Positions 58,452 to 64,000 of a stretch of 64,000 bases of DNA are shown piece by piece. Under the pieces are notes generated by a model. The model was given only the letters and a program-made list of their open reading frames with translations, made no database searches and was not told the DNA's origin. Every line of letters starts with the position of its first letter. Position 1 is the first letter of the stretch. This stretch comes from Candidatus Versatilivorator sp. GTDB taxonomy: Bacteria; Acidobacteriota; Terriglobia; Versatilivoradales; Versatilivoraceae. A program made the position numbers and the translations under genes. The stretch is taken from contig OZ242296.1 of NCBI GenBank assembly GCA_965207735.1, forward strand, positions 4,320,001-4,384,000, given 5' to 3'.

Positions 58452-59480
58452 ATGAAAATCGCCAACCTTCGCGGACCCAGAGACCTGCACATCGAAGAGC
58501 AACCCCTGGATACCGGCAACCTGAAGCCGGACGAAATCTGGATCCGGACCCGGGTGAGCGCCCTGAAGATCGGAACCGACCGAGGCAACTACGAGGGGGC
58601 CGAACATGTCCCCGGAGCCCCGATATATCCCCGGTGGGTGGGAGACAGCAATCTGGGAATCGTGATGGGAGTGGGCAGTGCGGTCCGTCGGGTCCAAGTC
58701 GGGGACCGGGTGGTAACCCGGCAACCCCACCAGTCGGAATACATCACCAACGAGTCGGCCAGCCTGGTGAAGGTTCCCGAGGGCGTGGACGACGAGGACG
58801 CGGTGTGGTGTCACCTCTATGGGCTCAGCTCCCTCTGCTACCGCAAGGCCCATTTCGAGCCGGGCGAAAACGTGGCCGTGGTCGGACTGGGAGTGCTGGG
58901 TCTGGGAGCGGTGGCGCTGGGGCCGCTGTTTGGTGGGCGAGTGATTGCGATCGGCAACAGCCCCACCCGTCTGGAGATGGCCCGGCGCATGGGGGCTCAC
59001 GAAGGCTTCCTCTACAACGATCCGGACCTGAAAGCCAAGCTGGACGACGCCACCGGAGGAGCCGGCATCGACCTGGTGATCCTGACAGCCAATCCCTGGC
59101 CCGCCTACCGCACCGCCCTCGAGATTGTGCGCCAGCACGGCCGAGTTTCCATTGTCAGCCTCCTGGGGCGAGGAGAAACTCAACTGGACTTCAATCCTTT
59201 GTCCATGTCCCTGTTCTACACCCGGGGCATCACGCTGCACGCCGTTTCGGGACCGACGGGATATCTCTATCCGGACGGAAACGGCGGGCCCACCATGGAA
59301 AACCGCTTCTCCAACGATCGAGCCGCCGAACATGTTCTTTTTCTGATGGAGACGGCCTCGCTGGAACCCAAAAAGCTGATCACCCACCGCTTCCACTACT
59401 CCCGGATGAAGGAAGCCTACGAGATGATCTTCCATCGGGAAAAATCCATGTTGGGTGTTCTGTTCACCTGGGAAGATTGA
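58452..59480 (+). CDS. Medium-chain (zinc-type) alcohol dehydrogenase-like protein
   Basis: GroES-like 'VGDRV', 'VVGLGVLG' NAD motif, 'LITHRF'; AAGGAG RBS. Confidence 0.85.
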   Translation: MKIANLRGPRDLHIEEQPLDTGNLKPDEIWIRTRVSALKIGTDRGNYEGAEHVPGAPIYPRWVGDSNLGIVMGVGSAVRRVQVGDRVVTRQPHQSEYITNESASLVKVPEGVDDEDAVWCHLYGLSSLCYRKAHFEPGENVAVVGLGVLGLGAVALGPLFGGRVIAIGNSPTRLEMARRMGAHEGFLYNDPDLKAKLDDATGGAGIDLVILTANPWPAYRTALEIVRQHGRVSIVSLLGRGETQLDFNPLSMSLFYTRGITLHAVSGPTGYLYPDGNGGPTMENRFSNDRAAEHVLFLMETASLEPKKLITHRFHYSRMKEAYEMIFHREKSMLGVLFTWED

Positions 59481-59490
59481 GGAGACTCCA

Positions 59491-60441
59491 TTGCGACGCC
59501 TGTGGTTGGCGGCAGCCTTTGCGGTGCTGGCCGGAATTGCGCTGTGGCCTGACCTGAACCCTATTGCCGGCTCAAAATACCGGGTCGTCCACGGCTGGCC
59601 GCGGGCGCCCGAAGGATCCCCCTTTGCCGGGGTCGCCGGGGTGGACGTGGATTCACAAAACCGGGTTTTCATCTTTCAACGCACCGACCCGCCCATCCTC
59701 TGTTTCGACGGGGCCACCGGCAAGCTGCTGGCATCCTGGGGCGAGGGCCGGTTCACCGAGGCGGCCCACGGCCTGGAGGTCGATCCCTGGGACAATGTCT
59801 GGGTGGTGGACGTGAGTCACCACCAGGTCTTCAAGTTCAGCCCCCGGGGAGAGCTGTTGATGACCCTGGGAACCCGAGGAACTCCCGGCCTGGGACCCGC
59901 GCACTTCAACAAGCCCACCGACGTGGCCGTGGCCGGCAGCGGGGAGATTTTCGTAGCAGACGGCTATGTCAACAGCCGGGTAGCCAAATTCTCCGCCGAC
60001 GGGAAATTTCTGATGGACTGGGGAAGCAAGGGAGACCGGACGGGGCAACTCGACACGCCTCACGGAATCGCCATCGACAGCCGGGGCAGAGTCTACGTGG
60101 CCGACCGGGGCAACCAGCGCATCCAGGTGTTCGATGGCAAGGGAAGGCTGCTCCACCACTGGAGCAGTCCCCGGATGCGCCGCCCCTGGGGCCTGGACAT
60201 CGGAGCCGACGGGTCGGTCTTCGTGGCCGACGGAGGGGACCTGGTCCATCGGGACAAGAAAGAACGGATCCTGAAGTTCAGTCCCGAGGGCAGGCTGTTG
60301 GATCTGTGGGGCTCTTTCGGGAGATACGACGGGCAGTTCTACTGGGCCCACGACGTTGCGGTGGCCCCCTCCGGAGAGGTCTACGTCTGCGACGTGCTGG
60401 GCCGGCGGGTCCAGAAGTTCGCGGCCGGCCCCTCCGGCTGA
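59491..60441 (+). CDS. NHL-repeat protein, peptidyl-alpha-hydroxyglycine alpha-amidating lyase-like
   Basis: 'HGLEVD', 'FNKPTDVAV', 'ADGYVNSRV.KF', 'PHGIAID', 'VADRGNQRIQVF'. Confidence 0.88.
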   Translation: MRRLWLAAAFAVLAGIALWPDLNPIAGSKYRVVHGWPRAPEGSPFAGVAGVDVDSQNRVFIFQRTDPPILCFDGATGKLLASWGEGRFTEAAHGLEVDPWDNVWVVDVSHHQVFKFSPRGELLMTLGTRGTPGLGPAHFNKPTDVAVAGSGEIFVADGYVNSRVAKFSADGKFLMDWGSKGDRTGQLDTPHGIAIDSRGRVYVADRGNQRIQVFDGKGRLLHHWSSPRMRRPWGLDIGADGSVFVADGGDLVHRDKKERILKFSPEGRLLDLWGSFGRYDGQFYWAHDVAVAPSGEVYVCDVLGRRVQKFAAGPSG

Positions 60442-61580
60442 CAGAGGGAACGGCCGCTGCCCGACTCGAACAGGTGCGCCTTGGATAGATCCAGACTCAC
60501 CCTTTCGGGCGGGGGCCGGCCCGCCGCTTCAGGCCCCCAGAGCGCAAGCAGCGTATGGGCGCCGGCTTTGAGATAGAGAAGGACACTGCTGCCCATCGGC
60601 TCGACCACCTCCACCTCGATTTCCACTCGCACAAGACTCGAGTTCCCGTCTGGCCCGGACCCGCAATTGAGAATGTGTTCCGGGCGAACGCCCAGGGTGA
60701 CCTGTTGGCCGCTCCAGTCCCCATTAAGGGTGAGTTCTGAGAGCGGCAGCCGCAGGCTTTCGGTCTCCAGCCAGAGCTCCCCGTCCCGAGCGGCCACCCG
60801 CCCTTCCAGAAAGTTCATCTCAGGCGATCCCAGGAACCCGGCCACAAACCGGTTGGCCGGCCGATTGTAGAGATTCAGGGGAGTATCCACCTGCTGGAGG
60901 ATCCCCTGGTTCATGACGGCGATGCGGTCTCCCATGGTCATGGCCTCGACCTGGTCATGGGTCACGTAGACCGTGGTCACTCCCAGCCTGCGGTGCAGCT
61001 TGACCAGCTCGATCCGAGTGGCCACCCGCAACTTGGCGTCCAGGTTGGAGAGGGGCTCGTCCATCAGGAATGCCTTGGGCTCGCGGACGATGGCCCGCCC
61101 CAGGGCCACCCGCTGGCGCTGCCCGCCCGAAAGCTGCTTGGGACGCCGGCCCAGCACCTCCTGAAGCTCCAGCATCCGCGCAACAGACTGGATCCGCCGA
61201 TCGATGCCTTCCCGTTTCCTCTTCCAGGCCTGGCGGTCGAGAATCCAAGTCAGGGGACCATGGGGAGGCGTCCTCAGGCGCAGGCCGAAGGCCAGATTTT
61301 CCCGGACGTTCATGTGGGGATAGAGGGCATAGTTCTGAAATACCATGGCCACGTCCCGATCCTTGGGAGAGAGGCTGTTCACCCGGCGGTCCCCGATATG
61401 GATCTCCCCGCCGGTCAGTTCTTCCAGGCCGGCAATGCAGCGCAGCACCGTGCTCTTGCCGCAGCCCGAGGGACCGACCAGCACCAGGAACTCCCGGTCG
61501 GCGATCTCCAGGCTCAGGTCGTCCACCGCCGTCACCTCGCCGAACCGCTTGGTGAGATTTTGCAGCCTGATCTCGGCCAT
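60381..61580 (-). CDS. Carbohydrate ABC transporter ATP-binding protein (MalK/UgpC family)
   Basis: GPSGCGKS, 'MVFQNYALYPHM', LSGGQRQR, 'DEPLSNLDAKLR', TOBE-like C-terminus. Confidence 0.93.
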   Translation of the reverse strand: MAEIRLQNLTKRFGEVTAVDDLSLEIADREFLVLVGPSGCGKSTVLRCIAGLEELTGGEIHIGDRRVNSLSPKDRDVAMVFQNYALYPHMNVRENLAFGLRLRTPPHGPLTWILDRQAWKRKREGIDRRIQSVARMLELQEVLGRRPKQLSGGQRQRVALGRAIVREPKAFLMDEPLSNLDAKLRVATRIELVKLHRRLGVTTVYVTHDQVEAMTMGDRIAVMNQGILQQVDTPLNLYNRPANRFVAGFLGSPEMNFLEGRVAARDGELWLETESLRLPLSELTLNGDWSGQQVTLGVRPEHILNCGSGPDGNSSLVRVEIEVEVVEPMGSSVLLYLKAGAHTLLALWGPEAAGRPPPERVSLDLSKAHLFESGSGRSLCQPEGPAANFWTRRPSTSQT

Positions 61581-61664
61581 AGGATTGGATGACCCCGGAT
61601 TCCATGGGCTTAGGGCCGGGAGGTGTTTAACGTAATTGTATCGCAGGCGCTACCCTTCACTCAC

Positions 61665-61792
61665 GGGACGCCGCGTCTGCCCCCCTCCGGATCGACCGCG
61701 GGCTTCGCCAAAGGGACGCCGCGTTCGCCCCCCTCCGGATCGACTGCGGGCTCCGCCCTTGTCTCTCCGACTCCCCCTCAAGGGGGGAGTGA
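61665..61792. repeat. 48-bp tandem duplication followed by a REP-like GC hairpin
   Basis: gggacgccgcgt..gccccc..tccggatcgac.gcgggct.cgcc at 61665 and 61713; hairpin actccccc-tcaag-gggggagt at 61770-61790. Confidence 0.7.
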
Positions 61793-62105
61793 CACAGGCG
61801 AAGGCTGATGCGGTGGGGGGGCCAACCTATAGCCCGCGGCGCCCCGCCTTCGGGGCAGAATAGCGGAAATCCAAGGCAATGGGAAGCCGAGCCCCGGTTG
61901 CCCCCGAGTTGCTCTCGGGCCTGTTCCGGCCCTCCACCGCGGACCGGCTCCCAACCACCTTGGAGGTATGAGCATCCGGTTGACGCAACGGGAGGAGCAG
62001 GATATGTTACGGCGGCAGGCCGGCCCCCTGGATACCTCGGCCGATTCCTGACCCGCTCCACAGCCGTTCCCGCCACGGGAGCGCCGGGCCGGTCGCTCGA
62101 AGCCC

Positions 62106-63653
62106 ATGAACCTCGCCCTCTTGTTAAGCCGCGCCGCCCGGGCCCACGGAGGCAAGCCTGCCCTGGTGCAGGGCGACCGGATCCTGAATTACGAGGAGTT
62201 CAACCGGCGGACCGGCCGATTGGCCGGGTCCTTGAGGGGCCTGGGAATCCGGTCAGGCGACCGGGTCGCTATCCTCCAGCACAATGCGCCGCCGTTTCTG
62301 GAGACCCTGTTTGCTCTCTTTCGCCTGGGGGCAGTGGCGGTCCCTCTCAACTTCAGGCTCCATTCGCGCGAGATTCGCTACATCCTGGAGCAGAGCCGGT
62401 CCACCGCCGTGATCCACGGCGACTTTTTCAACCCCCGGATTCCACAAGCCCGCCAGGGCACCTCGGTGAGCCACTGGATCAGCACCGGCAAGCCCGCTTC
62501 CGACGACTCCCTGGGCTACGAGGATCTGCTGGCGCAGGGTCCCGAACTCCCGGACGATGTCGAGCTTGACGAGGACGCTCTGGCTTGGCTCTTCTACACT
62601 TCCGGCACCACCGGCAAGCCCAAGGGAGCCATGCTCTCCCACCGCAACCTGCTGGCCATGATCATGAGCTTCTTCGCCGACCACTACGTCCCCGACGAGA
62701 CCGACGTGGCGCTTCACGCTGCCCCTCTCTCGCACGGCAGCGGCCTCTACGCACTTCCCCTGGTGGCCCGCGGCGTCACCAACATTCTTCACGATTCGGT
62801 GGGCTTCAGCCCGGCTGGGGTGTTTGAGGAGATCACCCGCTGGAAGGTCACCCTCATTCCCTTTCTGGCCCCCACTCAGGTCAAGCGGCTGGCCGAGGAG
62901 CCGGTCGGCCCCGGCCACGACCTTTCCACCCTGCGGGCCATTGCCTGGGGCGGCGCCCCCATGTACGTGGAAGACGCCCGCCGGGCCGCGACCCGGTTCG
63001 GTCCCATCCTGACAGAGCTCTACGGGCTGGGAGAGTCCCCCATGACCATAACCGCCCTCAGCCGGCGAGCCATGGCGGCGGAGCTGGAGAAGGCGCCGCC
63101 CCTGCTTACCGCGGGACTGCCGCGCACCGACGTGGAAGTCCGCGTTGTGGACGAGGCCGGCCAATCGCTGCCCGCCGGCAGCTCCGGCGAGGTCCTGGTG
63201 CGAGGCGGCGTGGTCATGAAGGGTTACTGGAACAACCCGCGAGCCACGTCCGAGACCTTGCGCGGGGGCTGGCTCCACACCGGAGACATCGGCTACCTTG
63301 ACGAACGTGGGTTTCTCTTCCTGGTAGACCGCAAGAACGACATGATCCTCTCCGGAGCGTCCAACATCTATCCGCGAGAGGTGGAGGAAGCCCTGATGGA
63401 GCACCCTGAGGTGGCCGAAGTGGCCGTGTTCGGCGTGCCCGATCCGGAATGGGGAGAATCGGTGAAAGCAGCCGTCAGGCCCCGCCATCCGCAAGCCCCG
63501 CCGCCCGTCCCGGAGCTGATTGCCTTCTGCCGGGAGCGCATCGCCAGCTTCAAGAAGCCGCGATCGGTGGTCTTCGTGGAGGAAATTCCCAAGAATGCCT
63601 ATGGGAAAACCCTGCGACGGGAACTGAGAGAGCGCTACGGCACTCCGGATTGA
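62106..63653 (+). CDS. AMP-binding enzyme (acyl-CoA synthetase)
   Basis: 'YTSGTTGKPKG', 'YGLGE', 'WLHTGD', 'DRKNDMI.SG..NIYP.EVE', 'PKNAYGK'. Confidence 0.92.
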   Translation: MNLALLLSRAARAHGGKPALVQGDRILNYEEFNRRTGRLAGSLRGLGIRSGDRVAILQHNAPPFLETLFALFRLGAVAVPLNFRLHSREIRYILEQSRSTAVIHGDFFNPRIPQARQGTSVSHWISTGKPASDDSLGYEDLLAQGPELPDDVELDEDALAWLFYTSGTTGKPKGAMLSHRNLLAMIMSFFADHYVPDETDVALHAAPLSHGSGLYALPLVARGVTNILHDSVGFSPAGVFEEITRWKVTLIPFLAPTQVKRLAEEPVGPGHDLSTLRAIAWGGAPMYVEDARRAATRFGPILTELYGLGESPMTITALSRRAMAAELEKAPPLLTAGLPRTDVEVRVVDEAGQSLPAGSSGEVLVRGGVVMKGYWNNPRATSETLRGGWLHTGDIGYLDERGFLFLVDRKNDMILSGASNIYPREVEEALMEHPEVAEVAVFGVPDPEWGESVKAAVRPRHPQAPPPVPELIAFCRERIASFKKPRSVVFVEEIPKNAYGKTLRRELRERYGTPD

Positions 63654-63714
63654 CCCCAATGTCTCAGCGGAAGGCGGGAATGCACGCCATGGAATGCAGC
63701 AAGAGGAATTCGGG

Positions 63715-64000
63715 ATGAAGCCGAAGGGTCCGATCCGGGTGGGGGCCGATGTCGGGGGAACCTTCACCGACGTGGTCCTGGCCGATGCCGGGGGAAACGT
63801 CTGGACCGCCAAGGTTCCCTCGACGCCGCCCGACTTCGAGACCGCGGTGCTCAACGGCATCTCGCGGTTGCTCCACGACACCGCGGCTTCCGGGTCGGAG
63901 GTGGCCGAAGTGGTTCACGGGACCACCGTGGCCACCAACGCCATCCTGGAGCGGCGCGGGGCGCTGACGGCCCTGATCACCACCCGGGGATTCCGGGACG
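63715..64000 (+). CDS. Hydantoinase/oxoprolinase family protein (5' part; runs off the window)
   Basis: Own translation: MKPKGPIRVGADVGGTFTDVV...KVPSTP...HGTTVATNAILER.G...LITT.GFRD. Confidence 0.9.
   Translation, partial: MKPKGPIRVGADVGGTFTDVVLADAGGNVWTAKVPSTPPDFETAVLNGISRLLHDTAASGSEVAEVVHGTTVATNAILERRGALTALITTRGFRD

Noticed and set aside
60381-60441. 61-bp convergent overlap of the NHL and MalK genes as a regulatory feature
   Set aside because: Short tail overlaps are common in GC-rich genomes; nothing else supports a function

Overview
High-GC bacterial chromosomal window. The gene content (DUF1549/DUF1553 cytochrome + DUF1501 pair, eukaryote-like LRR proteins, TPR and NHL proteins, DUF1640) suggests an Acidobacteriota or Planctomycetota-like, possibly host-associated organism; this is inference only. 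Housekeeping and metabolic genes (mgtE, nadB, rtcB, rpoD-like sigma, Glu dehydrogenase, copA, Lol-like ABC system, sugar ABC ATPase, acyl-CoA ligase) flank two accessory regions. The first (~7.3-24.2 kb) holds an IS1380-disrupted S8 protease, IS and plasmid relics, two large modular LRR surface proteins and a vapBC pair. The second (40.4-46.2 kb) is a nested structure. A tandem ~180-bp repeat array is interrupted by an IS5/IS1182-like IS and by a second, apparently identical IS1380 copy. The right terminal inverted repeat of that IS1380 is split by an 869-nt ORF-less group II intron (minus strand, 43864-44732). The intron's EBS1 loop is complementary to the IS1380 inverted repeat, which also occurs on a nearby MITE-like element. 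This IR-targeting, non-autonomous ribozyme is the most striking feature. No CRISPR array, rRNA or tRNA was recognised.
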